Shown: positions 11,456 through 23,460 of the stretch, piece by piece | How positions within the stretch are numbered: the stretch's first letter is position 1 | Layout of the letters: each line of letters begins with the position of its first letter | Assembly (NCBI RefSeq): GCF_053078305.1 | Contig: NZ_CP166879.1 | Strand: one strand, 5' to 3' | DNA length: 64,000 nucleotides | Translations under genes and position numbers: made by a program | The notes under the pieces: model-generated | Database searches by the model: none | What the model saw: only the letters and a program-made list of their open reading frames with translations | What the model was told of the DNA's origin: nothing

Positions 11456-12664
11456 TCAGGCTGTCGCCTGAATCATTTCGGTGGGTTCCTGCTTCAACGG
11501 GCGGCCTGACTGCACCATCTCTCCACAGGCAAGAACGGCGTGCCCCGCCGCTAAAATGTTACGAGCGCCATTTACATCAGCGTTCGCTGTATATCCACAT
11601 GCCTGGCATCTGAATTTACTTTGTGACAGGCGATTTTCTTTCGCTGTATGACCACAGCACGCGCAACGCTGGCTTGTGTACGCTGGCGGAACAGCAAGCA
11701 CCTGACCGCCACGCCAGAGCTGCTTGTACTCAAGCTGGCGGCGCATTTCATACCAGCCCTGATCCAGTATCGAACGGTTTAAACCTGATTTTGCCCGGAC
11801 ATTGCGCCCCGGCTGGCTGACCGTACCCGCTGCTGACTTTGACATGTTGCTGACCTTCAAATCCTCAATGACTATCATTGCGTGGTTTTTGCTGACGGTC
11901 GTTGTGACTTTGTGAAGGTAGTCCCTGCGGATATTTGCGATACAGGAATGCAGTCGCTGTATTTTGCGTTTCTGCTTCTGCCAGTTGTTGCTGAATTTGA
12001 CCTTGCGGCTTAACTGTCGCTGAAGTCTCGCCAGCGTCTTCTGGTTTTTCTGAAAACTGTTTACAGGCCCAAAAACTGTGCCATCTGACAGCGTGGCGAG
12101 TTTAGCCACGCCAGCATCCAGTCCGACCATTAATGCTGAAGGATGAACCGGAGTTGATACTTCATTTTCAGTCTGAATACTGATGTACCACTTACCGCAG
12201 GACTGGCTGACAGTGACATTTTTCACAACACCCGTGACCTGACGGCTATTCCGGTAGCGCATCCAGCCAAGTTTCGGCAGAAAAATACGGCTGTTTTCCT
12301 GATCGAGCTTAACGCCCTGCGGGTAGCGGAATGCATCATTCTGTCCCCGCTTTTTGAATCGGGGAAAAGCAGCCCGCTTCCGGAAGAAGTTTTTGTAAGC
12401 CCGCTCAAGGTCTTTCAGTGACTGTTGCAATGGCTGTGACGGGGCATCTTTAAGCCATTGCGTTTCAGTGGCATTTTTCCACTCAACCAGCCAGGAAGCC
12501 ATTTTCCCGTAAGGGATGTATTTATTACCGGCCTCATGATTCTCATTCTGACGTGCCAGAGCACGATTGAAAACGAAACGACATGCGCCTGCGAAGCGCC
12601 TCATTTCACGCTCCTGTTGACCACCGGGTCTTAACTGGAATTTAAATGCCTGTAGTCGTTTCAC
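11456..12664 (-). CDS. tnpB: IS200/IS605-family TnpB (OrfB, RuvC-like RNA-guided nuclease with C-terminal zinc finger)
   Basis: 402-aa ORF; C-terminal CxxC...CxxC (CACCGH...CQACGY) and RuvC-like motifs typical of TnpB. Confidence 0.9.
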   Translation of the reverse strand: MKRLQAFKFQLRPGGQQEREMRRFAGACRFVFNRALARQNENHEAGNKYIPYGKMASWLVEWKNATETQWLKDAPSQPLQQSLKDLERAYKNFFRKRAAFPRFKKRGQNDAFRYPQGVKLDQENSRIFLPKLGWMRYRNSRQVTGVVKNVTVSQSCGKWYISIQTENEVSTPVHPSALMVGLDAGVAKLATLSDGTVFGPVNSFQKNQKTLARLQRQLSRKVKFSNNWQKQKRKIQRLHSCIANIRRDYLHKVTTTVSKNHAMIVIEDLKVSNMSKSAAGTVSQPGRNVRAKSGLNRSILDQGWYEMRRQLEYKQLWRGGQVLAVPPAYTSQRCACCGHTAKENRLSQSKFRCQACGYTANADVNGARNILAAGHAVLACGEMVQSGRPLKQEPTEMIQATA

Positions 12665-12671
12665 AGGCCAA

Positions 12672-13103
12672 ATGATACTTTGGTCTGTGAAAAAAGAAAC
12701 CGATATCCGGCGTGGAAGGCATTGTGTTTTCCTGATGCATGTTCACCTGGTCTTTGTCACCAGATACCGACGCCAGATTTTTGACCATGACGCGACAGAA
12801 AAACTACGCACTTACTTTTCAAAGGTATGTGCTGATTTTGAAGCTGAACTGGTTGAAATGGATGGCGAACCAGATCACGTCCATTTGTTAATTAACTATC
12901 CTCCCAAACTGGCGATATCCAGTCTGGTAAACAGCCTCAAAGGCGTATCGGGTAGGTTACTGCGACGAGATCGACCAGATATTGCAGTCAGGTATTACTA
13001 CAAAGGCGTTTTGTGGAGTCCTGGCTATTTTGCCAGTAGCTGCGGAGGTGCGCCAATATCCGCCATCCGTCAATACATTGAACAACAGCAAACACCTGGT
13101 TAG
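12672..13103 (+). CDS. tnpA: IS200/IS605-family Y1 HUH transposase TnpA
   Basis: 143-aa ORF with HUH motif (HVHLLI) and catalytic Tyr region ([12 protein letters not shown]). Confidence 0.85.
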   Translation: MILWSVKKETDIRRGRHCVFLMHVHLVFVTRYRRQIFDHDATEKLRTYFSKVCADFEAELVEMDGEPDHVHLLINYPPKLAISSLVNSLKGVSGRLLRRDRPDIAVRYYYKGVLWSPGYFASSCGGAPISAIRQYIEQQQTPG

Positions 13104-13304
13104 GTGGAAAACCGCGCCGTATATCCCCGCCCTGAAGGACGGGGTTTTACGGCGCACCGGATAAACCAGGCCAAGCGTATGCTGGTTGATCAAATAATAT
13201 CCCCTAAGCGCAGCAATATTAATATTCACCTGCAATGGGTCGATATCTGGCTTAAAAATATTGTATTTTTTCCCTTCATCCAATAAGGATTCCATTAACT
13301 GCAA
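13104..13304 (-). pseudogene. 5' fragment of an ORF (possibly ytfA-like) running into the IS200/IS605 end
   Basis: Minus-strand ORF 12957-13304 starts outside the IS and continues into tnpA-coding IS sequence; only the first ~60 codons are non-IS. Confidence 0.3.
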
Positions 13305-13725
13305 GTGCGCATGGTTATTTCTAAGAGACGCTGTGATTTTGCATAATGCACACCTTTACTTTGATTTTCACTATGCACAATTTTTAAAAACCAGGGGTTA
13401 GCAATATAATAATCCCATGTAAAATCAATAATTTTCTCAATGGCTTTTTGTGGCTGGTTAACCTGCTGATTAACGAATACACCGATACCGACAGCGTAGA
13501 ATAATTACATACCGCACAACAAGAATGTACGGTGTAAGGCGTGGAAGTCATTTTCTCCCCGGGTGCATCGTTATATCCATAATGAGCGATTTTTGATATT
13601 AATATCTTTCACCATCCGCTATTTTCACCACTTCAGAAAACAAACTTATTTTTATTAATATCAATTCTTTTTCTTTGAACATTCAGCTGCGATATTTGTA
13701 AAAATATTAAACAGGTAACATTACA

Positions 13726-14520
13726 ATGACATTACCAACCACTATTTATTCATTTCCTGCATATTTATCTCGTTTTTCGTCCACCGACAAACCAGTAAAA
13801 TTAAAATTTCATCAATACGCACGCGCTACATTACTTTCAAATCGTGGAAGAGATCATAATTGCGATGGCAGACGTACTGTTGAGATCCACAAACTAGATC
13901 TCTCAGACTGGCAAGCATTCAATAAGTTAGCGACGAGGTGTAATGCTTACGATGGAATAACAATGAAGGGTGATAATTCTTTTGGATGGAACCATGAAGC
14001 TACATTAGATAATATTCACGCCCAGAAATACAATAAAGCTTACACGGGTGCGAGGTTAACCGCAGAACTGAAATATTTATTGCAAGATGTCGAATCCTTC
14101 GAACCCAATAGTAAATACACAATACACGAAGTGGTTTTGGGACCTGGTTATGGTACTCCAGACTATACCGGCCAAACGATAGGATACGTTGTAACCCTTC
14201 CTGCCCAAATGCCTAATTGCTGGTCATCTGAACTACCAACAATCGATCTTTATATCGACCAACTTCGCACTGTTACAGGCGTTTCTAATGCCCTCGGATT
14301 CATCATTGCTGCATTGCTAAACGCGTATTCTGATTTACCCCATGATTTGAAAATTGGTCTGCGTTCCTTATCAAGTTCAGCCGCAATCTACTCGGGTTTG
14401 GGTTTCGAGCGAGTGCCGCAGGAGCGAGACATCAGTTGCGCTCGTATGTATCTAACGCCAGCAAACCATCCTGACTTATGGACACAAGAGAATGGTGAAT
14501 GGATCTACTTGCGAAACTAA
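13726..14520 (+). CDS. yjfZ: DUF2686-family protein YjfZ
   Basis: 264-aa ORF, AT-rich; position next to rplI matches K-12 yjfZ. Confidence 0.75.
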   Translation: MTLPTTIYSFPAYLSRFSSTDKPVKLKFHQYARATLLSNRGRDHNCDGRRTVEIHKLDLSDWQAFNKLATRCNAYDGITMKGDNSFGWNHEATLDNIHAQKYNKAYTGARLTAELKYLLQDVESFEPNSKYTIHEVVLGPGYGTPDYTGQTIGYVVTLPAQMPNCWSSELPTIDLYIDQLRTVTGVSNALGFIIAALLNAYSDLPHDLKIGLRSLSSSAAIYSGLGFERVPQERDISCARMYLTPANHPDLWTQENGEWIYLRN

Positions 14521-14542
14521 TACCTGACGAAAAATAGAAAGC

Positions 14543-14570
14543 AAAACGCCGACCAATGGTCGGCGTTTTT
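14543..14570. terminator. Bidirectional rho-independent terminator (yjfZ / rplI convergent)
   Basis: ACGCCGACC-AAT-GGTCGGCGT hairpin followed by TTTTT; A-run upstream serves the opposite strand. Confidence 0.75.
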
Positions 14571-14590
14571 ACGTCTCGTTGAATAACGAA

Positions 14591-15052
<462 letters not shown>

Positions 15053-15081
15053 TCAAAGTCGTATTAATGGACCGTGACCGA

Positions 15082-15628
<547 letters not shown>

Positions 15629-15634
15629 CAGAAA

Positions 15635-16048
<414 letters not shown>

Positions 16049-16356
16049 TTATTCAGCCTCCTGTCTGGGTCAGCCGAATCCCGGGGAGGCAAGGAACGTG
16101 TTAAAGGTCGGCTGAAAAATGACGCGTTATAGTACTGACATACCCCGCTAAACTCAAGGCCAGCCGACAAATAAATCTCATCTTTCACCAAAGTGGACTA
16201 ACACGCTGATTTGAAGTTCATCACACTTCATCATGGTGTTTTTTTGAACAACTGCATCAGAAATGGTCACCATCAACTTCTTTATCATTGATTAAAATTA
16301 AATCAGAAGTTCATCACAGAGGAGAGCACACAAAGTCAGCCGTCGAGGAGGTATCT

Positions 16357-16632
16357 ATGTTCAGTCGTGTTTTAGCCCTTCTGGCTGTGCTTTTGCTAAG
16401 TGCAAATACATGGGCAGCCATTGAAATTAATAACCACCAGGCCAGAAATATGGACGATGTGCAAAGCTTAGGCGTGATTTATATCAATCATAATTTCGCC
16501 ACTGAAAGCGAAGCACGTCAGGCATTAAATGAAGAAACAGATGCGCAAGGCGCAACGTACTACCACGTAATTCTGATGCGGGAACCGGGGAGTAACGGCA
16601 ATATGCACGCCAGCGCGGATATTTATCGCTAG
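16357..16632 (+). CDS. yjfY: DUF1471 (YdgH/BhsA/McbA-like) periplasmic protein YjfY
   Basis: ORF 16288-16632; start set at MFSRVLALL with signal peptide (91 aa). Confidence 0.8.
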   Translation: MFSRVLALLAVLLLSANTWAAIEINNHQARNMDDVQSLGVIYINHNFATESEARQALNEETDAQGATYYHVILMREPGSNGNMHASADIYR

Positions 16633-16670
16633 CACCAGGTATAACCAACGAAACATTGCCATAGTTTGCT

Positions 16671-16698
16671 TTGCCCCCTTCGCAGGGGGCTTTTTTTG
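16671..16698 (+). terminator. Rho-independent terminator after yjfY
   Basis: GCCCCCT-TCGC-AGGGGGC hairpin followed by TTTTTTT. Confidence 0.8.
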
Positions 16699-16760
16699 AA
16701 AAACGGCTGCGGAATTAGACCAGTTATCTCCCGAGGAAGGAAATTTCCGCAGCGCGTGTT

Positions 16761-17447
16761 CTACTTCTGCCCGTAATAAGCGTTAGGACCGTGTTTACGC
16801 ATGAAGTGTTTATTCATCAGGAAGCTGTCGATGTGATTCAGTTGTGGGTTAATGCCGCGCGCAATCCACGCCATTTTCGCCACTTCTTCCATCACCACCG
16901 CGTTATGCACCGCATCGTGGGCATCTTTCCCCCAGGCGAACGGTCCGTGCTGATACACCACAATTCCCGGCGTATGCAGCGGCTCGGCGTTGCCCAGCGT
17001 TTCGATAATCACTTTGCCGGTGTTCAGTTCATACTCGCCCTGCACCTCTTCTTCGCTTAACCCGCGCGTACACGGAATGTCGCCAAAGAAGTAGTCAGCG
17101 TGCGTGGTGCCTAACGCCGGGATCGCCAGCCCCGCCTGCGCCCATGCGGTGGCATGAGTGGAGTGGGTATGGACAATGCCGCCAAGCGACGGGTAACGAC
17201 GGTAGAGTTCGAGATGCGTCGCAGTGTCGGAAGATGGGCGATACTCCCCTTCCACCACCTTGCCGCTCATATCAACCACCACCATATCGGCCGCTTTCAT
17301 GGTTTCGTAGGCAACGCCGCTGGGCTTGATCACCACCAGCCCGCGTTCGCGGTCGATAGCGCTGACGTTGCCCCAGGTAAAGGTCACCAGCCCGTAGCGC
17401 GGCAGCTCCATGTTGGCTTCAAATACCTGCTGTTTTAGCTTTTGCAT
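16761..17447 (-). CDS. ulaF: L-ribulose-5-phosphate 4-epimerase UlaF
   Basis: ORF 16761-17495; start set at MQKLKQQVF (228 aa); class II aldolase/epimerase fold; start overlaps ulaE stop. Confidence 0.9.
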   Translation of the reverse strand: MQKLKQQVFEANMELPRYGLVTFTWGNVSAIDRERGLVVIKPSGVAYETMKAADMVVVDMSGKVVEGEYRPSSDTATHLELYRRYPSLGGIVHTHSTHATAWAQAGLAIPALGTTHADYFFGDIPCTRGLSEEEVQGEYELNTGKVIIETLGNAEPLHTPGIVVYQHGPFAWGKDAHDAVHNAVVMEEVAKMAWIARGINPQLNHIDSFLMNKHFMRKHGPNAYYGQK

Positions 17448-18259
17448 TATGCCGCCTCCACCATGCCCGCTTTCGCCATGCGCGCTTTCACCCAATCACG
17501 CGCTTTCGCCACTTCTGCCGCCGGGTCTTCCGCCGTTTCGCTCCACATCTCAATCAGGTACGGCCCGCAATAGCCACTCTGTTTGAGCGTTTCGAAACAA
17601 CGTTCGAAATCCACTACACCTTCGCCAAACGGCACGTTTTTGAAGACGCCAGGTTTGGTGTCTTTCACATGTACCGCGACGATATGCCCGATTCCGGCCT
17701 GCAACTCCATCTGCACATCGTTGTCCCACGCCGACAGGTTGCCGATATCCGGGTAGAGCTGGAACCACGGATTGTTGAGATAGTGCGCGTAGCCCAGCGC
17801 CTTGCTGATGGAGTTCATCAACGGATAATCCATGATCTCCATCGCCAGCGTCACCTGCGCGCGGCTCGCCATCTCAACGCTCTCTTTCAGGCCGTCACGG
17901 AAACGACGACGCGTTTCGTTATTGGCTTCCTGATAATAAACGTCATAGCCCGCCAGCTGGATCACGCGAATACCAACGTCCTGGGCGAACTGGATAGCTT
18001 TACGCATAATCTCCAGCCCCTGCGCCCGCACCGCGTCATCTTCGCTACCCAGTGGGAAACGACGATGAGCAGAAAGGCACATGGACGGCACGCGCACGCC
18101 GGTTTCAACAATCGCATTGACCAGCGCCAGACGCTGCTCGCGGCTCCAGTCGAGGCGCGACAGGCGCTCGTCCGTTTCATCTACCGACATCTCGACAAAA
18201 TCGAAGCCCAACGTTTTTGCCAGTTGCAGGCGTTCCAGCCAGCACTCCCCAGCGGGGAG
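17447..18259 (-). pseudogene. ulaE: L-ribulose-5-phosphate 3-epimerase UlaE, 5'-truncated (first ~14 codons and start missing)
   Basis: Frame matches UlaE from ...[24 protein letters not shown] onward; upstream the frame hits a stop and island sequence begins. Confidence 0.85.
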
Positions 18260-18436
18260 GATTTATTAAGCCCTGTTTATTTCCACTGATTTCAACAGAA
18301 CTCTCTCCACCCCCTTTAACTCACTTTAAAATAAGGTATTATCATAAATTCTTTTACTCTGGACGTAAACCATCCTCCATGATCATCAATATAATTTTGG
18401 GGGCTACTCTGGGGGCTACTTTTCGGAGTTAACATC

Positions 18437-19618
18437 ATGCCACTTACTGTTCGGCAAATTGAGTCGGCCAAACCTGCTGACAAGGATTACAAACTTTCTG
18501 ATGGTCAAGGACTTTACCTTCTTATCAAGAAATCTGGCGCTCGTTACTGGAATCTGAAGTATCGATTTGCGGGTAAAGAAAAGAAATTGGTGATTGGTGT
18601 CTATCCAGGTATATCACTGGCTCTGGCGCGTCAGAAACGGGATGAAGCACGTAAACTCCTCGCTGAAGGAAAAGATCCTTCATATGAAAAACAGGCAAGT
18701 AAACATGCACTAAGAGAAAGTATTGCATGCACATTTTGTACTCTTGCAGAAGAGTTGTTCACACATATGGCTTGTCGTTGGACTGCGGGTTATTTAGCGG
18801 ACCAGCGTGCAAGATTCGAGAATCATATTAATCCCATGCTAGGGAAACGTCCTGTGGCTGATATTCGCCCCTTGGAAATATTGAATGCACTGAGGGTTAT
18901 AGAAAAGAATGGCAAACTTGAAGCGTTACGTAAGACTCGTCAGCTCTGTTCTCAAATATTTGATTACGCCATTGCGACGGGGCGCGCCACTATTAACCCA
19001 GCATCGACTCTCAACAGTGTTGTTCTTCATCCAGAAAAACAGCAGAGACGGATGCTATCTGAAGAACAGTTAGGCGCTTTCATGTACCAAATGAAAGTTT
19101 CAGGCAATTTTATGTCTCTGGTAACGCAAATACTGGTTCTAACTGCTGTTAGAACGGGAGAATTACGCCTTGCTACTTGGGATGAAATTGATTTTACCAA
19201 TGCCTTATGGGTAATCCCAAAAGAGAGAATGAAAATGCGAAGGCCGCATGTTGTTCCACTTTCTCATCAGACTCAAATGTTATTGAAAGAGATAAAAATA
19301 ATCACAGCTCCCCGTAACTCCGAGCTGGTTATTCCTGGTGTATACAGAGATAATCAACCTCGTGGTCGCGGTTGCATCAACGAGTTTCTTCAACAAGTTG
19401 GCTGGCATACATTCACTACAGCTCATGGTTTTCGGCATACTTTCAGTACCATTCTCCATGACCATGATTTCAGCTCTGCCTGGATTGAACTCCAGCTTGC
19501 CCATGTTGATAAAAACATCATGCGCGGCACCTACAACCACGCACAGTATCTCGATGGTCGTCGTGAAATGATGCAATGGTACGCTGACTACATTGATTCA
19601 CTTTCTGAGCAGGCCTGA
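18437..19618 (+). CDS. int: P4-type (phage) tyrosine integrase
   Basis: 393-aa ORF; N-terminal DUF4102-like MPLTVRQIESAKP...KDYKLSDGQGLYL and C-terminal catalytic region (HGFRHT...Y). Confidence 0.9.
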   Translation: MPLTVRQIESAKPADKDYKLSDGQGLYLLIKKSGARYWNLKYRFAGKEKKLVIGVYPGISLALARQKRDEARKLLAEGKDPSYEKQASKHALRESIACTFCTLAEELFTHMACRWTAGYLADQRARFENHINPMLGKRPVADIRPLEILNALRVIEKNGKLEALRKTRQLCSQIFDYAIATGRATINPASTLNSVVLHPEKQQRRMLSEEQLGAFMYQMKVSGNFMSLVTQILVLTAVRTGELRLATWDEIDFTNALWVIPKERMKMRRPHVVPLSHQTQMLLKEIKIITAPRNSELVIPGVYRDNQPRGRGCINEFLQQVGWHTFTTAHGFRHTFSTILHDHDFSSAWIELQLAHVDKNIMRGTYNHAQYLDGRREMMQWYADYIDSLSEQA

Positions 19619-19653
19619 TGAATGAAAGTTCAGTGATGCAGAAATAATGAATA

Positions 19654-19688
19654 ACCATCCGGCTTTGGAGGCCGGATGGTTTTATTTA
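19654..19688 (+). terminator. Rho-independent terminator after int
   Basis: ACCATCCGGC-TTTGGAG-GCCGGATGGT hairpin followed by T-run. Confidence 0.75.
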
Positions 19689-19900
19689 TGTTTTCTTTTT
19701 TATTTGCTCACATCTTCTGAACTGCCCCTGCAGACAATAATCTGAACACCAGATATAGAGCCACTCATGAAATAAAGCATAATTATATTGAATAACCAAT
19801 TACATTTTTTGTTACATCCATTCCATATCTGTCGCTGGTTGATTGCCAGCGACGCGTCGTGATGCATGATAGGAGAATGAGATAATAAGAGAAGAAAAGT

Positions 19901-20530
19901 ATGATTCGGGTTGTGCTGGTGGATGACCATGTGGTGGTGCGCTCTGGTTTCGCACAGTTACTCTCTCTGGAAGACGATCTGGAGGTCATTGGTCAGTACA
20001 GTAGTGCCGCACAGGCATGGTCGGCATTAATCTGTGATGACGTCAATGTTGCCGTCATTGATATTGCTATGCCGGACGAAAACGGCCTCAGTTTGGTTAA
20101 GCGCCTGCGTGCACAAAAACCGCAATTCCGCGCCATTATTCTTAGCATTTATGACACGCCAACCTTTGTACAAAGCGCTCTGGATGCTGGTGCCAGTGGC
20201 TATTTGACCAAACGCTGTGGGCCGGAAGAGTTAGTGCAGGCGGTGCGCTCTGTCGGTATGGGAGGGCATTATCTCTGCGCCGATGCAATTCGGGCTTTAC
20301 GCGGCGGCGGGCAACCCGCCCAGGCACTGGAAATTCTCACCCCACGAGAACGTGAAGTGTTTGATTTATTAGTCAAAGGCGACAGTGTAAAAGAGATTGC
20401 CTTTAAGCTCGAACTCAGCCATAAAACGGTACATGTACATCGCGCCAACGTGCTGGGAAAACTGAACTGTCATAGCACCATTGAGCTGGTGCATTTTGCA
20501 CTCAACCACCATCTGCTGGCGGGGCATTAA
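19901..20530 (+). CDS. UhpA-like NarL/LuxR-family response regulator (paralog, not core uhpA)
   Basis: 209-aa ORF; receiver domain (VVLVDDH...D) plus LuxR HTH; ~50% similar to UhpA by eye. Confidence 0.85.
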   Translation: MIRVVLVDDHVVVRSGFAQLLSLEDDLEVIGQYSSAAQAWSALICDDVNVAVIDIAMPDENGLSLVKRLRAQKPQFRAIILSIYDTPTFVQSALDAGASGYLTKRCGPEELVQAVRSVGMGGHYLCADAIRALRGGGQPAQALEILTPREREVFDLLVKGDSVKEIAFKLELSHKTVHVHRANVLGKLNCHSTIELVHFALNHHLLAGH

Positions 20531-22071
20531 TGTCGCGTAACCTTCGTCATTGGGTGATTTCGCTGTTTATTGTGCTGGCCTGGGGAAGCGGCTGGCTGAT
20601 GTTGTGGACGCTCAGCTTTTATCTGACCAATAACGGTCAACAGGCAGTGTTATTTCTGCCGCACGGAGTTTACCTCGCTTTTCTTATTTTGCACTCTCGC
20701 CGTTACTGGCCTGCGTTGGTGCTCCCCCCTTTGCTGATGATGTTCTGGCTGCACAGCGAGCAACTGTTGAACGGCTATCTCATGCTGGCAACGCCGGTTA
20801 TTAGCCTGCTTCCTGCCATCATTGCACAAAACGTCTGGCACCGTTTTCCACTTTACTGGCAGCGTCTGACGTTGCTGTTAGCCTCAGTAACAGCAGCTTC
20901 ATTGCTGAATACAGCCATGCTAACCCCTTTTATGTCAGGCCCAATAATGCTGCCCGGTCTGACCTCATTTACCGGCGGCGTATTGTTGACGCCGTTTGTC
21001 TATCTTATCTTTGAGTTTCTGCGCCAGCAGCATCGCTATCAGCTTCTGAGACTCGATACGCATAATCCCCCCTTGCGAACCTCTTTAATCATCTGGTGTA
21101 GCCTATTTTTTATTATTGGTATCGGCACCCAGATGGTGTTGTCGCCTGAAATCGAACGCCTACTGCTGATCGTGGTATTTCTACCCAATGTAGTCATGGC
21201 CTGGAAATTTGGCTGGCAAGGGGGCGTACTCTCGGGGCTTTTGGGCAGCATGATGATCACTATTGCCCGCCAGATTGGTGTGGGCTTTAGTAACCTGGTG
21301 GAACTGGAGATTTTTCTCGCAACCCAGGCATTGCTGGGAATTGGCCTGGGCATTGCCATTAGTCGGCAGCAACATCTGGCGCTAAACCTGCATCATTACC
21401 GTCAGCGACTGGAGGCAGAACTGGCAGCACGGCGGGCATTGGCTGAAAAGCTGATCCATACCGAGGAAGACACGCGTAAAAGCCTGGCTCGCGAGCTGCA
21501 CGACGAAATCGGTCAGAACATTACCGCCATTCAGATCCAGTCGCAACTGGTGACGCGGGCACGCGATCCGGCGCAAGTTCATTCCGCAGCCAGCCAAATC
21601 AACGAACTCGCCCGCCGCATTCATCTCTCCACCCGCCAGTTGCTGCGCCAGTTGCGGCCCCCCGCGCTTGATGAACTGACATTCCGCGAAGCATTACTTC
21701 ATCTGATTAATGAATTTGCCTTTAGTGAACGCGGCATTCATTGCCAGTTTACCTATCAACTAACCACCACGCCAGAAAACGAAACGGTTCGCTTTACACT
21801 GTATCGGTTATTGCAGGAGTTACTCAATAACGTCTGTAAACACGCTGAAGCCAGCGAAGTGACGATTATTCTGCGCCAGCAGGGAGAGATATTGCACCTG
21901 GAGGTCAGCGACAACGGTATAGGAATCGCCAGCGGGAAAATGACCGGATTTGGCATTCAGGGGATGCGTGAACGCGTCAGTGCCCTGGGCGGCGACTTAA
22001 CGCTCGAAAAACATAACGGTACGCGGGTAATTGTTAACCTGCCCACATTTTTGCAACAAATCGCCGGATAA
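20530..22071 (+). CDS. UhpB-like membrane sensor histidine kinase
   Basis: 513-aa ORF; N-terminal multi-TM domain, H-box (LARELHDEIGQ) and HATPase region; start overlaps upstream stop (TAATG). Confidence 0.85.
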   Translation: MSRNLRHWVISLFIVLAWGSGWLMLWTLSFYLTNNGQQAVLFLPHGVYLAFLILHSRRYWPALVLPPLLMMFWLHSEQLLNGYLMLATPVISLLPAIIAQNVWHRFPLYWQRLTLLLASVTAASLLNTAMLTPFMSGPIMLPGLTSFTGGVLLTPFVYLIFEFLRQQHRYQLLRLDTHNPPLRTSLIIWCSLFFIIGIGTQMVLSPEIERLLLIVVFLPNVVMAWKFGWQGGVLSGLLGSMMITIARQIGVGFSNLVELEIFLATQALLGIGLGIAISRQQHLALNLHHYRQRLEAELAARRALAEKLIHTEEDTRKSLARELHDEIGQNITAIQIQSQLVTRARDPAQVHSAASQINELARRIHLSTRQLLRQLRPPALDELTFREALLHLINEFAFSERGIHCQFTYQLTTTPENETVRFTLYRLLQELLNNVCKHAEASEVTIILRQQGEILHLEVSDNGIGIASGKMTGFGIQGMRERVSALGGDLTLEKHNGTRVIVNLPTFLQQIAG

Positions 22072-22143
22072 CCAGGAAAAAGTCTTAGTCATCCCGGATT
22101 TTCTCTCATCCTCTTTCACTTTCATTTTCATATAGTCAGCAAC

Positions 22144-23460
22144 ATGGAGACGACCATGCACGCGCGTTCAGCGAGAGAGATTAATCAATGCTACCGGACA
22201 TTACGTCCACGATTGCTGATGTGCATGATTATTGGCTACGCCGCATTTTATCTGACGCGAAAAAGCGTGAATTACGTCCTTCCGGCGCTGCAAACCGACC
22301 TCGGACTGGATAAAGGCGACATTGGCCTGCTGGGTTCACTGTTTTATCTCAGCTACGGATTGTCGAAATTTACCGCCGGACTGTGGCATGACAGCCACGG
22401 ACAACGCGGTTTTATGGGTATCGGCTTGTTCGCCACTGGGCTATTGAACGTGGTGTTTGCCTTTGGCGAATCACTTACGCTTCTGCTTGTGGTCTGGACA
22501 CTGAACGGATTTTTTCAAGGCTGGGGGTGGCCACCGTGTGCCCGCTTACTGACCCATTGGTATTCCCGTAATGAACGTGGTTTCTGGTGGGGCTGCTGGA
22601 ATATGTCGATCAACATTGGCGGAGCGATTATTCCGCTGATTAGCGCCTTTGCCGCCCACTGGTGGGGCTGGCAGGCCGCGATGCTGACACCGGGGATAAT
22701 CAGCATGGCATTAGGGATCTGGTTAACGCTACAACTCAAAAGCACGCCCCAGGAAGAGGGATTACCGACAGTTGGTCACTGGCGTCACGATCCGCTGGAG
22801 TTACGTCAGGAACAACAAAGTCCGCCGATGGGGCTGTGGCAAATGTTGCGCACCACCATGCTGCAAAATCCGCTGATCTGGCTACTGGGTGTCTCTTATG
22901 TACTTGTTTATGTGATCCGGATTGCGCTAAACGACTGGGGCAATATCTGGCTGACGGAAAGCCACGGCGTCAACCTGCTCAGCGCCAACGCCACGGTAAT
23001 GCTGTTTGAAGTAGGCGGCTTACTCGGCGCGTTATTTGCCGGATGGGGTTCGGATTTGCTGTTTAGCGGGCAGCGAGCCCCCATGATTTTGCTGTTTACC
23101 CTTGGGTTGATGGTTTCGGTCGCTGCACTCTGGTTGGCACCGGTTCATCACTATGCCCTTCTGGCTGTGTGCTTTTTTACTGTGGGCTTTTTTGTCTTTG
23201 GCCCGCAAATGCTGATTGGACTTGCGGCAGTGGAATGTGGACACAAAGCTGCGGCGGGTTCAATCACCGGATTTCTCGGCCTGTTCGCCTATCTCGGTGC
23301 GGCGCTGGCAGGCTGGCCGTTGTCGCTGGTTATCGAACGCTACGGCTGGTCGGGAATGTTCAGTTTACTCTCGGTCGCCGCAGTACTTATGGGTTTACTG
23401 CTGATGCCGTTACTGATGGCGGGCATCACCACCACTCACGCTCGAAGGATAAAACAATGA
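22144..23460 (+). CDS. UhpC-like MFS sugar-phosphate sensor/transporter
   Basis: 438-aa ORF clearly homologous to UhpC/UhpT MFS proteins (FFQGWGWPPCARLLTHWYSRNERG). Confidence 0.85.
   Translation: METTMHARSAREINQCYRTLRPRLLMCMIIGYAAFYLTRKSVNYVLPALQTDLGLDKGDIGLLGSLFYLSYGLSKFTAGLWHDSHGQRGFMGIGLFATGLLNVVFAFGESLTLLLVVWTLNGFFQGWGWPPCARLLTHWYSRNERGFWWGCWNMSINIGGAIIPLISAFAAHWWGWQAAMLTPGIISMALGIWLTLQLKSTPQEEGLPTVGHWRHDPLELRQEQQSPPMGLWQMLRTTMLQNPLIWLLGVSYVLVYVIRIALNDWGNIWLTESHGVNLLSANATVMLFEVGGLLGALFAGWGSDLLFSGQRAPMILLFTLGLMVSVAALWLAPVHHYALLAVCFFTVGFFVFGPQMLIGLAAVECGHKAAAGSITGFLGLFAYLGAALAGWPLSLVIERYGWSGMFSLLSVAAVLMGLLLMPLLMAGITTTHARRIKQ

Larger units (their letters stand above)
11400..13150. mobile_element. 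IS200/IS605-family insertion sequence (divergent tnpA/tnpB, IS605/IS609-like)
   Basis: Divergent Y1 HUH transposase and TnpB ORFs bracketed by subterminal hairpins sharing a CCCTGAAGGAC loop (11423-11442 and 13125-13144); boundaries approximate. Confidence 0.8.

Noticed and set aside
17669-18289. 206-aa plus-strand ORF overlapping ulaE
   Set aside because: Antisense to ulaE remnant; Arg/His-rich low-complexity translation.
18260-18436. tRNA/tmRNA attachment site upstream of the integrase
   Set aside because: No cloverleaf-compatible sequence or tRNA 3'-end-like direct repeat could be discerned by eye; left as an open question rather than a feature.
23169-23456. N-terminal extension of the afuA ORF overlapping the uhpC-like gene
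   Set aside because: ORF-caller over-extension; the signal-peptide-bearing start MKMPLTS at 23457 gives the expected protein.
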